From a virus (taxonomy: Duplodnaviria > Heunggongvirae > Uroviricota > Caudoviricetes), in IMG/VR virus record IMGVR_UViG_2563366981_000002, positions 1 to 37,252 of that record: a stretch of 37,252 nucleotides of DNA. One strand, 5' to 3'. The translations under genes and the position numbers were made by a program. Shown piece after piece: positions 36,588-37,252 of this stretch; positions within the stretch are counted from its first letter, which is position 1, and every line of letters begins with the position of its first letter. The notes under the pieces were generated by a model that did not search any database, had not been told where the DNA came from, and saw only the letters and a list, made by a program, of their open reading frames with translations.

Positions 36588-36965
36588 GTGAAACATAAAC
36601 AACGTTGGGCGGGGGCAATCTGCTGTTTTGTCCTCTTCATTGTGGTGTGCCTTTTTCTGGCGACGCACATGAAAGGCGCTTTTCGGGCTGCCGGGCATCC
36701 TGAAATCGGCTTGCTATTTTTCATTCTTCCTGGAGCAGTCGCCAGCTTCTTTTCACAGCGTAGAGAAGTCCTGAAACCTCTGTTTGGCGCAATGCTGGCG
36801 GCACCCTGTTCGATGCTCATTATGCGGCTGTTTTTTTCACCGACGCGCTCATTCTGGCAAGAGCTGGCATGGTTACTAAGCGCGGTGTTCTGGTGTGCGC
36901 TGGGGGCACTGTGTTTCTTATTTATCAGTAGTTTGTTTAAACCACAGCACAGAAAAAATCAGTAA
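36588..36965 (+). CDS. ybjM: host inner membrane protein YbjM
   Basis: 125-aa four-TM protein between ybjL and grxA, as in E. coli. Confidence 0.7.
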   Translation: MKHKQRWAGAICCFVLFIVVCLFLATHMKGAFRAAGHPEIGLLFFILPGAVASFFSQRREVLKPLFGAMLAAPCSMLIMRLFFSPTRSFWQELAWLLSAVFWCALGALCFLFISSLFKPQHRKNQ

Positions 36966-36994
36966 AGCCCTCAACGCGAGGGCTTGTCAGACGA

Positions 36995-37252
36995 TCAGGC
37001 GTCCAGATTTTCTTTCACCCATGCAGCAAAATCGGTATAGCCGCCGATATGTTGCTGATCGACAAAAATCTGCGGCACGGTTTCTACGGGTTTACCTGCC
37101 TTTTGTTGTAGATCTTCTTTAGTGATCCCTTCCGCACGAATATCTACATACTGATACTGAAAATCATCGCGTTCATTGCTCAATTTCTCAGCCAGATCTT
37201 TTGCACGCACACAGTAAGGGCAACCCGAACGACCAAAAATAACGGTTTGCAT
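36995..37252 (-). CDS. grxA: glutaredoxin 1
   Basis: 85 aa with CPYC active site (MQTVIFGRSGCPYCVRAK...); ends at the window edge. Confidence 0.85.
   Translation of the reverse strand: MQTVIFGRSGCPYCVRAKDLAEKLSNERDDFQYQYVDIRAEGITKEDLQQKAGKPVETVPQIFVDQQHIGGYTDFAAWVKENLDA

Overview
The window is an almost complete P2/186-family (peduovirus-like) prophage of about 34.4 kb, running from the 3' end of int at position 1 to ogr at 34397, followed by Escherichia-type host genes ybjL, ybjM and grxA (34633-37252). All calls rest on reading the ORF translations, motifs and gene order by eye; no database search or computation was run. The backbone is canonical: int; an immunity switch (CI-type repressor, Apl/Cox-like, CII-like); early genes including a TraR/DksA-like zinc finger and a Dam methylase; replication initiator A; an SOS-box-controlled small gene plus a DinI-like gene; a cos-like motif; then portal, terminase, capsid, lysis, baseplate, an invertible tail-fibre cassette with a Hin/Gin-type invertase, sheath, tube, E/E+E', tape measure, U, D and ogr. 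Three Ogr-type late-promoter dyads (TGT-N12-ACA) are visible. Three accessory loci are the candidates for something undescribed: (1) an AT-rich two-gene cassette (349-aa soluble protein plus 201-aa four-helix membrane protein) translationally coupled downstream of the repressor, the same architecture as lambda cI-rexA-rexB; (2) between the cos-like motif and the portal gene, a three-helix membrane protein followed by three tandem, overlapping, paralogous micro-ORFs each encoding a run of six or seven prolines; (3) an AT-rich HNH-nuclease protein immediately upstream of the cos-like motif. The repressor itself is unusual in carrying two tandem copies of its DNA-binding domain.
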